From contig CBDCNP010000002.1 in the NCBI GenBank assembly GCA_965219415.1, forward strand, positions 3,968,001-4,032,000: a stretch of DNA of 64,000 nucleotides. Reading direction: 5' to 3'. The first letter of the stretch is position 1. Each line of letters starts with the position of its first letter. Below the pieces are notes generated by a model. The model searched no databases and had not been told where the DNA came from. It worked only from the letters and a program-made list of their open reading frames with translations. Made by a program: the position numbers and the translations under genes. The DNA is from Candidatus Marinacidobacterales bacterium. Lineage in GTDB: Bacteria > Acidobacteriota > Vicinamibacteria > Marinacidobacterales > DATDRI01. Below are positions 43,645 to 53,538 of this stretch, in pieces.

Positions 43645-45987
43645 CTATCGCGGCCCTCGCCCAAGGTGCGTGCCGAAATAGCCGACCAGCTTTCTCAAGC
43701 CAAACAACGAAACGTAGTCTTTGGTCCCCCATTCGTGCACGGCGGCCGGAAGGACGACGAAGTCGAAGTCTTTCTCCAACATCATCAGCTTTTCGGCCAG
43801 CACCACCGAGTCCTTGAACAGCACGATGTTATCCTGCATCCCGTGTATGATCATCAGGTGGTCCTCCAGGTCTTCGCCATAGTTAATCGCGGAGACCTTT
43901 CGGTAAACCTCGGGGTGCGTGTTCGGTCGCCCGGCCACGTTCACTTGGGCGGTCATGGCATGGGTGATGTGGGTAGCGGGTGCTGAAGCGACTCCAGCCG
44001 CATAGACCCCCGGCTTCTTGAAGAGGGACAACGCGGTCATCAAACCGCCGTAGCTGCTACCCCATATCCCGATGCGATCTGGATCCACGTACGGGAGGGT
44101 CAGAAGATGCTGCACGCCGCTATGTATGTCTTCGATGTCGATACCGCCGTAGTCTCGAAAGAGCTTTTCACGGAAGGCACGCCCGTATCCGACCGTGCCC
44201 CGAACATCGACCAGCAGCCCAATGTACTCCCCTTCGAGCGTGAAATACTGTTGGAGCGTGCTATATAAGCCCCTCCATTCTTCCGCGTCACCCCACCTGC
44301 TTTTCACCGAGTTTGGATACACCGGGCCGACAATGACCGGATATTTCTTGGAGCGGTCCAGATTCCGGGGCTCGAGGATCCGCCCATGCACCGTGACCCC
44401 GTCCACGTGGCTTGGAAAAGTGACGTAGCGGGGCTCAATCCAATCGTGGTCGTAAAAATCCTTTGGCGGTGAATGCGTTACTCTTCTCTCGGGCTCCCCT
44501 CCCCGGCTGTTCACAATATAGAGCTCGGTAGGAGTGAGGTCGTTAGAGTGAAGAAGTACCAACTTTGAGGCGTCGGGCGCCCAGTACGGATGGTGCACTC
44601 CGGGTAGCGTCGTCACCTGCACGATCTCGCCGCCCTTCTCGGGCATGCGGTAGACATGCCTTTCATAGGGAGACTTCTTATTGGCAACGAAGTAGACCTT
44701 TTTGCTAGAAGGTGAAACGAAGATGGTCGCTGCGCCGGCCTCACCGATGACACTCCAGTCTCCCTGGGTGAGTCGCTTTGGCTTTCGTGTTCCCAGTGGC
44801 AACTCGTAGAGATGATGGCGATCGTCTTTGTCGGAAATGAAGATTATTCCTCGCCCGTCGCTCTGCCAGGCAGAGTTCCAATGCTGGGTGGTCCTGGTCG
44901 CCCGATAGTCGTGCCAGATCTCCTGTAACGAGCCGTCTCTCGGATCGGCGAGCAAGATCCATCGATTCTCCGCACTTTGATCGTACCGATCGACCAACAG
45001 GTGACTATCATCAGGCGACCAGCCGTAGCTAGCAATGCTACGGTCGGTGTTGTCCGGAAGATTCAACCTCACCAGGCGACCGACGGAGACCGAATAGATA
45101 GCGATGTCCATCCCGTGGTCGTTGTCCCCAGGGTAGTCGCGGCGGAGTAAGTCCACGTCGGTCTCTTCACCCAGATAGTTCGGGATCATGACTTTACGGA
45201 TACTGCGGCGATCTTCGATGTGGAGCGCAACATGTACGCCGTGAGGCGACCATCGATAGGAGCTCACTTCCACATCCGGACGAGAGTACCCCGGTCCGCA
45301 GCAGGTATTGAGTGGTGAACGGCCGACCGCAGGCCCGGCCAGCTGGGTCGCTTGGACGACCTCGTCAGTTTCGCGATTCCACAACCACAGATCTCCTTTC
45401 TGAAGATAAGAAAGAAACTTCCCGTCGGGAGAAAACGACAGGAGGTACTTGTCGCCGGGGGAGCGAGTGAGCCGTTTGAGATCGGTTCCATCCGGATTGA
45501 CCTGGAATAAATCGTCCCCGCCCTCCGGCATGGGCGCTCCCGAGCGGTTCCTAGGCACGTCCATCCCGCGGGTCTGGATCGTGAAAATCAGCGCGTCACC
45601 GTTCGGTGTCCAAATCGCCTCCGCGACACCTCGATGCTGGCGCGCGGTGACTCTTTCAGCGAGCGCCATGCTCTCGCTATCGGAGCCGTAGAGCTCCGCC
45701 AGGTCAGAGGACATGTTGGTGACCCGTTGTGGGTTCGTCCCATCAGCTGACACCACCCAAACGTCTCGGAACGGCATCGCCTGGTCGTTCCACAAAAACG
45801 CCAGGCGTGTACTATCCGGCGACCAGGCGGGGTTCGACGGCGCCGTGCCGCTCAAGTATGGCAGCGAGCCAATGCGCTCAACGGTCAGATGGGGGTGCTC
45901 AGCATTCAGCGACCCTTGCAGGGAAAGGAAAAAAAACACCACACCGTAACCGCTTGCCGCACGTGACGTTCTTACGTTGGCCGACAT
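43645..45987 (-). CDS. S9 family (DPP IV-like) peptidase
   Basis: WSPD repeats, GIWGSSYGG, HGMQD and HEW. Confidence 0.92.
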   Translation of the reverse strand: MSANVRTSRAASGYGVVFFFLSLQGSLNAEHPHLTVERIGSLPYLSGTAPSNPAWSPDSTRLAFLWNDQAMPFRDVWVVSADGTNPQRVTNMSSDLAELYGSDSESMALAERVTARQHRGVAEAIWTPNGDALIFTIQTRGMDVPRNRSGAPMPEGGDDLFQVNPDGTDLKRLTRSPGDKYLLSFSPDGKFLSYLQKGDLWLWNRETDEVVQATQLAGPAVGRSPLNTCCGPGYSRPDVEVSSYRWSPHGVHVALHIEDRRSIRKVMIPNYLGEETDVDLLRRDYPGDNDHGMDIAIYSVSVGRLVRLNLPDNTDRSIASYGWSPDDSHLLVDRYDQSAENRWILLADPRDGSLQEIWHDYRATRTTQHWNSAWQSDGRGIIFISDKDDRHHLYELPLGTRKPKRLTQGDWSVIGEAGAATIFVSPSSKKVYFVANKKSPYERHVYRMPEKGGEIVQVTTLPGVHHPYWAPDASKLVLLHSNDLTPTELYIVNSRGGEPERRVTHSPPKDFYDHDWIEPRYVTFPSHVDGVTVHGRILEPRNLDRSKKYPVIVGPVYPNSVKSRWGDAEEWRGLYSTLQQYFTLEGEYIGLLVDVRGTVGYGRAFREKLFRDYGGIDIEDIHSGVQHLLTLPYVDPDRIGIWGSSYGGLMTALSLFKKPGVYAAGVASAPATHITHAMTAQVNVAGRPNTHPEVYRKVSAINYGEDLEDHLMIIHGMQDNIVLFKDSVVLAEKLMMLEKDFDFVVLPAAVHEWGTKDYVSLFGLRKLVGYFGTHLGRGPR

Positions 45988-46122
45988 ACCGGTCCTCCTT
46001 CCGAATTGGTCCTCGGAGCGACAACTTCCCTCAGTTCATGCAACATCCGGGAGGCGATTCCAGAACGGCAGAGAGGATAGAAGGATCTATCCTCTCTCAG
46101 TCAGGGTCTTCCGTTGAGCAAG

Positions 46123-46155
46123 CCCACCCTCACCCGCGGTGCGGGTGAGGGTGGG
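46123..46155. terminator. Perfect 15-bp stem hairpin between the TBDR and the S9 gene
   Basis: cccaccctcacccgc-ggt-gcgggtgagggtggg; no clear U-tract. Confidence 0.55.
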
Positions 46156-46193
46156 TCAACCCCAAGAGCTATAGGGCTTGAAGCGCGCCAGGG

Positions 46194-49115
46194 TTAGAAG
46201 TCAAACCTTATACCCATGCGCAGCACCCGCGGTTTCAAAAGCTCGGCCGGAGTCAGATATTTCGGATCGTCAAGCCGAAGGGCGTTCAACCTAATCACCG
46301 TGCCTGAATTGAAGACATTGAAAATGTCGGCAATTAACGCCACACCAGCATCTCCGCCAACAGGAAATCGGTATTGGACCCGCAGATCGAGAAGAGTCTC
46401 GACGTCGAACGTTCTAGTGCCAGCGGGTTCACCGGCGACGTCGATAAAAGTCTCGGAGAGGATTTGGGGGAAATCACTTGCGAAGATGCGCACCTCGGTC
46501 GCCCCTCTCGGAGACTCCTGGTTGAATCCTTGATAATTATTCGTGATGGGGAAGCCGCTCAGCACCTCCAGGAATCCGCTGAAAAGCAATCCAAAGGAAG
46601 TCTGGTAGGTGGCCTGCAGTTTAAATTGGTGACGCCGGTCCATCGCAAGATCCCCGTCCCTGTTGATGAAAAAATTGGGGTTGGTGTAGTCCGCCCATGT
46701 GGAGCCCGCGAACGAGTTCGATACATTCCCGTGCCCCCGACCGAGAACGTAAGAGGTCGAAAGTTGCCAGTTGTCACTCATCCTCTTGTTGAGGACGACC
46801 TCCACGCCGTCGTACTTCCGCGTCAGCGGTGCCGGATCGCCGGGTCGGTCACCCGGATTGGTCTGACGGATCGCCGGCCGCCGGCCCAAGAATTCGGTTG
46901 GAAGCGTAAAGATTTCCAGTGGCTGGCCATTCAGCGGATTAGTCACGGTGATCCGTTGGTAAGCCGAGATTGGAACCGCGTCGTTGACAAAGCCGATGAG
47001 GTCGCCGTCGCGCTTGAAAATCCCTGTGGCTGAAAGAACCCACTCCTCACCGATCAGGTGTTGAAACCCTATCGTATAGACGTCGGTGTACTGGTTTTTC
47101 AAATTTGGATCGGCGGTTGGAAAGGCCGTCGGGTCTGGACGAGTGTCGCGTCTTAGCAGCGTCTCTTCCCCCTGTTGCCACACACGGTCCCCGTTTCGAT
47201 CCTCCCAGTCGAACTCGCGAAAGGCCAAAACAGCGGGGTTGATGTCGCCCAGCCAGAGGGCCAAGGGTTGGCTGTAATATCGTCCGGCGCTCCCCTTGAT
47301 GGTCGTTCTGTTACTCCCGTTGATATCCCATACCACGCCCAACCTCGGAGCTACGTTATTGAAAGTAATGATACCGCTCTGCTCAGGAAAGACCTGTAGA
47401 GGCTCAAAGGCTCCACCTCCGACGCTCGACTCGTTAACCGTCCCGCTCGAGTGATCGTACCGGACACCAAGATTCAATGTCACCCGTTCTCGCAAAACCC
47501 ACTGGTCCTGAAAATAAGCGTTCCAAATATTAAACTCGTACTTCCTGTCGGACGGAGAGTTGTAGAGCGAAACCCGGAACGGTTCCCCGTCGAAAAGAAA
47601 ATGCTGGACGTCTGGCGTGTCGGAAATGCAGGCCTCACTGCAACCCGTTAGCTCATTTTCGCCTCGAGCCCCTTGGAGAAAGGCTAGGGCCAAGTTCGGC
47701 GTGTTCATCCACTTGATTCCCCCCTTAAATTCATGGCTTCCGCCAGCCCAATTCTCCTTGAAGTGGGTCAGGTCTGCCCTAGCCTGATGTCGGTTCCGCT
47801 CAACTCTGCCGATGGTATGAAAGTCGCCGCCACTGATGATACCGGTCGAGAGGTCTATATAAGATGTGGAGCCATCGTTGTTCGGGTTGCTCACCGGAAT
47901 ATGGTAATATCCGAGGGCTCCCCGAACCTCTAAAAGTGTGCTCTCGTTGATGACACTGGTCCATTGCACCGATGGGATGCGGTTTGTCTTTACAAGACCC
48001 ATCCACGTGCGCGGGTCGTCTGCGTTGCGGAAGCTAGCGGTGGCTGTGAAGGGGAAGTTCGTAAAGACCCTGCGGTTGTATGACGCCATCAGTGTGTTTG
48101 AGTCAGAGAGCTTTACGGTTCCTTTCACAAACAACTGTTTCTCTTCGTTGCCTAGTGCGACTGGGAAATCCGACTTGATCTCCTGCAAATCCTGATACCG
48201 ATAATTTGCAAAAAACCAGGCCTTTTCCCTCTTAATTGGGCCTCCTATGAAACCGGAGACGTCGTAGACGTGCTCGAATCCGCTCGCGACCGAGAGTCCT
48301 TGTTGCTTTAGGTCGTCCGAGACATTATCGGCCTCAGTGCTCCTATTCTGAAAATAGAAGCTTGCTCCCCCGCTGAATCGGTCACCGCCCGATTTGGTGA
48401 TGTAGTTGAAAACGGCTCCGCTGGCATCGCCATACTCGGCAGTAATGCCCGCTGTCGTTAGTTGGATTTCTTGGATGGTGTCGACCGACAATTGCGTGGA
48501 GGTAGCACCGGTTAGAGAGTCGTTCGTATAGATGCCGTCCAGGCTGTATTCGTTCTGACGCACGCTTCCGCCATGAACGACATTGATGGGAGAAAAGTTG
48601 TAGTTGGCATCCACCACACCGGGGAGGAGGTTCAAGATCTTGGTGTAGTCTCTGTCGTAGGGTACGTTCTCCAGGGTCTCCGGATCGGCGAAGTTGACGA
48701 GTCCCGAGGTACGGGTATCGATCAGGGGGGCTTCGCCGGTCACGGTCACGGCTTCCTGCACCCCGGCCAGTTGGAGTGCGACGACTACGGGGAGGGATTG
48801 TCCGGCCAACAGGAGAATCCCCTCACGCTTCTGGGACTGGAATCCCTGGAGGTCGAAGCTAACGCTGTACGTTCCTGGGCTGAGGTTGACGAACCGGTAG
48901 GTCCCGTCTGCCCCCGTCGCCCGAACCTGTTGCCCCCCGAGAAGCTGCGGGCTAGCCACCGTCACGCTGACCCCCGGTAACCGCGCGCCCGTCCCGTCAG
49001 AGACGGTTCCAAAGATGGAGCCGGCCACTTGCTGAGCCCCTGCCGTGTGAGCTGTTACCCAGCCCAGTGCGAGACAACCTAACAGAAGAAACAATTCGCG
49101 GGTTCTAACATTCAT
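46194..49115 (-). CDS. TonB-dependent receptor (Oar-like, N-terminal carboxypeptidase-regulatory-like domain)
   Basis: G.I.GTVSD.TGA.LPGV, TKSGG, YFQDQW, LNLGVRYD, APRLG and a C-terminal RFDF. Confidence 0.92.
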   Translation of the reverse strand: MNVRTRELFLLLGCLALGWVTAHTAGAQQVAGSIFGTVSDGTGARLPGVSVTVASPQLLGGQQVRATGADGTYRFVNLSPGTYSVSFDLQGFQSQKREGILLLAGQSLPVVVALQLAGVQEAVTVTGEAPLIDTRTSGLVNFADPETLENVPYDRDYTKILNLLPGVVDANYNFSPINVVHGGSVRQNEYSLDGIYTNDSLTGATSTQLSVDTIQEIQLTTAGITAEYGDASGAVFNYITKSGGDRFSGGASFYFQNRSTEADNVSDDLKQQGLSVASGFEHVYDVSGFIGGPIKREKAWFFANYRYQDLQEIKSDFPVALGNEEKQLFVKGTVKLSDSNTLMASYNRRVFTNFPFTATASFRNADDPRTWMGLVKTNRIPSVQWTSVINESTLLEVRGALGYYHIPVSNPNNDGSTSYIDLSTGIISGGDFHTIGRVERNRHQARADLTHFKENWAGGSHEFKGGIKWMNTPNLALAFLQGARGENELTGCSEACISDTPDVQHFLFDGEPFRVSLYNSPSDRKYEFNIWNAYFQDQWVLRERVTLNLGVRYDHSSGTVNESSVGGGAFEPLQVFPEQSGIITFNNVAPRLGVVWDINGSNRTTIKGSAGRYYSQPLALWLGDINPAVLAFREFDWEDRNGDRVWQQGEETLLRRDTRPDPTAFPTADPNLKNQYTDVYTIGFQHLIGEEWVLSATGIFKRDGDLIGFVNDAVPISAYQRITVTNPLNGQPLEIFTLPTEFLGRRPAIRQTNPGDRPGDPAPLTRKYDGVEVVLNKRMSDNWQLSTSYVLGRGHGNVSNSFAGSTWADYTNPNFFINRDGDLAMDRRHQFKLQATYQTSFGLLFSGFLEVLSGFPITNNYQGFNQESPRGATEVRIFASDFPQILSETFIDVAGEPAGTRTFDVETLLDLRVQYRFPVGGDAGVALIADIFNVFNSGTVIRLNALRLDDPKYLTPAELLKPRVLRMGIRFDF

Positions 49116-49532
49116 TACAACCCTCCTGTTCTAGAAAGGTGATTGATTAATTTTGAGGAGGACTCGCAAGGAGTGGATGCTTAAAGTACACTGCCACGCG
49201 AAAGCATACTGCATACTGCATGCCAGGCGAAAAAAGTAAGGCTTTGTGCTGTAAACTCTTCGGACGCTTTACGTTACAGTTCGTTCCCCAAAGGCTCATC
49301 ACAACGAAAGATCCATCCCGCTGGATCATGTCCACCGGGCCTAGCCCCCCCTCAACCGCTTCCGACACCAATCCCGAAGTGGCTCCCTTGTAGGTAACCG
49401 CGAGAAAAGGAGTTAACTACCAGGAGTCAACGGCGGAACGTCCCGAACGCCATCATTCAAATTGTCGGATCTTTCACGTACGAGTTTTCGTATTCCCAGG
49501 CCTCCGGAGCTCGAGCACGGGATCTGGAAGAA

Positions 49533-50774
49533 TTAGCGGCGGTCCTTGAACACATGCCCCTCCTTCATGACGAAACTCACTTCCTTTAGCGTACGAACGT
49601 TCTCGAGCGGGTTTTCGGGAGTCGCGATCAGGTCCGCCGCGAGGCCAGGTTTGATCGCGCCTCGGGTATCCTCGACGCCCAACATCCGGGCGGCATTTGT
49701 CGTCATGGACCGGAGAATGGCTGTTGCCGGTAGCCCCGCTTCGACGTAGTTATCGATGATGGATATTCCTAGGCGTCCTCGGGTCTGGCCGGGCACCACG
49801 ACGCCGACATCCGCGCCGAAGGCCAGCGTCACCCCCGCGTCGTACATGCGCCTGAGCTCTCCGAGTCGTTCTCGGTATTGTTTTTCCGGGTTCGGAATGT
49901 TTCTTTCCTCGAGCATGACGAGCGTGTCCAGGTTGGGGATGACGGTAACCCCTTTTTCCTTGATGAGACGAAGGGTGTCATCTGACACAAAAAGAGCGGG
50001 CTCCACGGAACCCACACCCCCCTCGACGACGACACGCACACCTCGGTCGGTTGCGGCGTAGGCGGCCACTTGAAGGCCGGCCCTGGAAACCTCTTCCACG
50101 ACAAACTGCACGTCTTCGACCGAGTACATGTAGGGCTCGTAGTCGATCGCGATCTTGATGACCTTGGCACCGAAATGGATGTTCTCGCGGATAGCCTTCT
50201 TCAGCTCATCCTTGGTATCCGCATGCAGATAATCGGGGGCGGAAGAATACCGACCCTCTCGATGAACGGGAAGTCCACCGCCAAAAGGAGCGAGCAGGCG
50301 GCCGGAATTGATGATCGTCGGTCCCGGCACTACGCCGTTCTCGACGGCCTGCCGTACGTCGGTGTCGGCGTAGTGTCCCCCCACACCATCGTCACGAATG
50401 GTCGTGAACCCGGCTTCCAGGATTTCCCGGGCGTACGCGACGCCCAGAATCGCCCGGTAGCCGGTGGTCATCGTCATGAGGTTGACGAACAGATCTCTGG
50501 TCTTGGTGTAGTGGGCACAGATATGCGTGTGGCAATCGAAGAGTCCCGGCATCACGGTGCTATCCGATAGATCTATCACCTTGGATCCCGGCGGAATCGC
50601 GATATCGGTCCCTACCTCTCGGATGGTGCCGCCCTCGACGAGGATGACCACGTTGCTGGTGGCGGTACCGCTTTCTGGATCCACCAAATTGCCTGCCTTG
50701 ACCGCGGTCACCTGAGCTTCGGAAGCTGGGGCACCTAGAATCAGTAGGCTTAGTAACAACAGGCTCTGTTTCAT
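49533..50774 (-). CDS. Exported amidohydrolase family protein with an atypical metal site
   Basis: PGLFDCHTH, GFTTIRD, FGAD and GAIKPGLAAD motifs. Confidence 0.85.
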   Translation of the reverse strand: MKQSLLLLSLLILGAPASEAQVTAVKAGNLVDPESGTATSNVVILVEGGTIREVGTDIAIPPGSKVIDLSDSTVMPGLFDCHTHICAHYTKTRDLFVNLMTMTTGYRAILGVAYAREILEAGFTTIRDDGVGGHYADTDVRQAVENGVVPGPTIINSGRLLAPFGGGLPVHREGRYSSAPDYLHADTKDELKKAIRENIHFGAKVIKIAIDYEPYMYSVEDVQFVVEEVSRAGLQVAAYAATDRGVRVVVEGGVGSVEPALFVSDDTLRLIKEKGVTVIPNLDTLVMLEERNIPNPEKQYRERLGELRRMYDAGVTLAFGADVGVVVPGQTRGRLGISIIDNYVEAGLPATAILRSMTTNAARMLGVEDTRGAIKPGLAADLIATPENPLENVRTLKEVSFVMKEGHVFKDRR

Positions 50775-50878
50775 TGTCCTCTCCTTCCACTGTTCGGCAG
50801 GGTCGCCCTTGAATTTCTATATAGAAACTGATATGCCTAACACAACTACGGTTTTTCGGCCATTCGCTAGGGGGCAGC

Positions 50879-52333
50879 ATGAATTCCCGCAACACTAGGA
50901 AACCGCGGCCAACGAGCACAGCCGCACTGCTTCTCAGCTTCTTCTTTGGCGGGCTCCTCTTCGCGGGCTTTACTTCCCAGAAGCCCCCCACCAGCCCCAC
51001 CAACAACGATGCGCAAAGTGAGCTCGTTGCGAAGGGCAGAGAGATCTTTTTCAACGAGACCTTCGACGGAAACGGACGAACGTGTAGCACCTGTCACCGG
51101 CCCGAGGACAACTACCGGATCACGCCGGAGTTCATCGCATCCCTTCCCGAGGACGATCCGCTGTTTGTGCACGAGTTCAACCCCGATTTAAAGGAAAATT
51201 TCGAGAAAGCGGATTTGTTAAGAAAGTATGGGCTCATTCTGGGTAACCCCGCCGGTTTTGACGACCTCGAGAACGAGTATGTTATGCGCACAGTCTCATC
51301 CCTTCGTTCTGTGCGCACCTCCATCAACGGCTCCGAATTCGAGGGTTTCGAGAACAAAATTTCCTTCCTCGGGCCCCTAACGGGTTGGGCTGGTGACGGT
51401 TCGCCGGATGGAACGCTCCGCGGGTTCGCCGACGGCGCGATCAAGGCCCACATGACCAAGACGCTGAATCGGGTGCCGGGCGTCGACTACAGATACGCGA
51501 CGGACGAGGAGCTCGATGCCTTGGAGGCCTACATCCTTACATTGGGAAGACAGGAAGAGCTCAGCCTTCCCCTCCCCCTGAAGGGCTCTCGAGCGCGCTT
51601 GGGACAAGAGCTCTTCATCGACAAGGATCAGAAAAACGCCCGTTGCAACACCTGTCACATTAATGCGAGTGCTTCGGCGATGAGCGCCGATGCCCGCGCC
51701 AAGGGGCAATTTGTCAACTTGGGTAGCATCCACCTCAATACCGGCGAAGAGAACTTGGACAATGCTTTGATTCACAGTCTCCCGGTCGACGATGGTTTCG
51801 GCACTCCCGGATCCTTCCGGATGAATACGCCCTCGGTGGTGGAAGCAGCGGACGCCGGCCCTTTGTTCCACAGTGGCTTCTTCAATACGGTCGAAGAGGC
51901 GATCGACTTCTACAGTACCGACGCCTTCAACAACTCCATATCCGGGCGCAACATGGCGCGAGATTTTGGCGGCCCTACCAATCTGAGCGCTGCCGAAGTG
52001 CTCGCGCTCGGCGCTTTCCTGAGGGTCATCAACGCACTGGACAATATTCGGGAAAGCACCGAGCTCCTCGAGGAAAGCCTCGAAGTAGGCTGGTTGGAAC
52101 GCGAAGACAAGAGGCGCCTGCTACGCGAAGCCAACTACGAGACGGAGGACGCCATCATCGTATTGGCGGGCGTCAACCTCCATCCCATCACCGTGGCCCA
52201 TCTAAGAAAAGCGGAAAAACTGACCCAGCAAGCTCTGGACAGTGGGCTTTCCAGAAACCGTCTGGCCAAGGAAGCCCTCGCGGAGCACGAAAAGGCGCGA
52301 GCCAGTCTTATCGAGATCTCCGAAAAGCTCTAG
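50879..52333 (+). CDS. Di-heme c-type cytochrome (cytochrome c peroxidase/MauG-like)
   Basis: Two CxxCH motifs (CSTCH, CNTCH), GREIFF and TPS......GPLFHSG. Confidence 0.75.
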   Translation: MNSRNTRKPRPTSTAALLLSFFFGGLLFAGFTSQKPPTSPTNNDAQSELVAKGREIFFNETFDGNGRTCSTCHRPEDNYRITPEFIASLPEDDPLFVHEFNPDLKENFEKADLLRKYGLILGNPAGFDDLENEYVMRTVSSLRSVRTSINGSEFEGFENKISFLGPLTGWAGDGSPDGTLRGFADGAIKAHMTKTLNRVPGVDYRYATDEELDALEAYILTLGRQEELSLPLPLKGSRARLGQELFIDKDQKNARCNTCHINASASAMSADARAKGQFVNLGSIHLNTGEENLDNALIHSLPVDDGFGTPGSFRMNTPSVVEAADAGPLFHSGFFNTVEEAIDFYSTDAFNNSISGRNMARDFGGPTNLSAAEVLALGAFLRVINALDNIRESTELLEESLEVGWLEREDKRRLLREANYETEDAIIVLAGVNLHPITVAHLRKAEKLTQQALDSGLSRNRLAKEALAEHEKARASLIEISEKL

Positions 52334-52359
52334 GTAAACCCTAGCGACCAGTCTTTCCG

Positions 52360-53505
52360 TCAGGCGCCCCAGATTTGCTCGTAGGCGCGGAGCAAATTCT
52401 CACCGAGCACCTTGCGAACGTCGGGCACCGACCATCCGCGACTTAACAACGCCTCTGTCACATTGGGTGTTTCGGCGACGTTTTCATAGCCTCTCACGAA
52501 GATCGACGCATCTACGAACATCTCGCGCGGGAAGATCGCTCGGTTGACGTTCCCGTAGTCGATATTTCGCCCCACCACGAAATCCGAAGCAAGACTAATG
52601 TGATCGACACCGACGAGCTTGCGCACGTAGTCGAATTGATCGACGTACTCTTCCACGGTCAGTTGAGGGATTTCATCGAGGTGCGCATTGGTCTTGTTCC
52701 GCACCAGAAAGTCGTTCACCGGAGTTAGCCCGACGACGCCACCTGTCTTGGCCACTGCCTCGATGAGGCGGTCGCTCACGCAGCGTGGGTTGTCGTTCAA
52801 GGCTTTCACGTTGCTATGCGTGCACAGCACGACGCGGCCGGCCGACATCTCGATGGCGTCGAGACTCGTCTGCTCTCCGGTGTGTCCTCCGACGTCGAGG
52901 ACCATATTCAAACCGTGAATCTCTTCTACCAAACGACGCCCGGCTCGCGTAAGCCCCATTTCAGGCTCGAGGCACCCGCCTCCGAAAATGTTGGCGACGT
53001 TGTAAACCGGAAGAACGATCCGCAATCCGAGCTCGTAATAAGCGCGAAGGGCCGTCTTGGGAGGACCGAATCGGGAGTTCTGCGCGTCGCCGAGAAGGTC
53101 GGCGCCCTGCCAACCGAAAACTACCGACAGTTTTCCGTCCCGATTCGCCTCGCGGATGTCTCGGACGCTCCTCGCAGCGACCAGATCCTGCGGATGCTCG
53201 TCGATGAACTTGTATGCGTCGGCAAACGCCTGTACACCACCGATGGTCGCGTGCCACCCGTCCACGCCGCCCTTCCGGAGCTCCGCTAGAAAAGCTTCGG
53301 TCAAGGCGGCTGGAATCAATCCATCGAACACGATGGTTGATTTGTGTATCGCCAGCGGGTCTGACCCTTCGCCCCCCTGACCGGATGCCCGTGGGGACAC
53401 CGAGCTCCGTGGAAAACTTGCAGCCCATCCGGCGGAAATCTCGGATAGGCTGACGGTCGCCCCTGCGAGGGCGGCCTGCCGCATGAAGTCTCTTCGATTC
53501 ATCAC
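52360..53505 (-). CDS. M19 membrane dipeptidase family protein with a Tat signal
   Basis: RRDF twin-Arg; GLT..G, THSN...NPRC.SD and VGVDHI.LASDF motifs. Confidence 0.85.
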   Translation of the reverse strand: MMNRRDFMRQAALAGATVSLSEISAGWAASFPRSSVSPRASGQGGEGSDPLAIHKSTIVFDGLIPAALTEAFLAELRKGGVDGWHATIGGVQAFADAYKFIDEHPQDLVAARSVRDIREANRDGKLSVVFGWQGADLLGDAQNSRFGPPKTALRAYYELGLRIVLPVYNVANIFGGGCLEPEMGLTRAGRRLVEEIHGLNMVLDVGGHTGEQTSLDAIEMSAGRVVLCTHSNVKALNDNPRCVSDRLIEAVAKTGGVVGLTPVNDFLVRNKTNAHLDEIPQLTVEEYVDQFDYVRKLVGVDHISLASDFVVGRNIDYGNVNRAIFPREMFVDASIFVRGYENVAETPNVTEALLSRGWSVPDVRKVLGENLLRAYEQIWGA

Positions 53506-53538
53506 CGAGTCCTCCTCTCTTTCGTTAACGTTCGCCGT

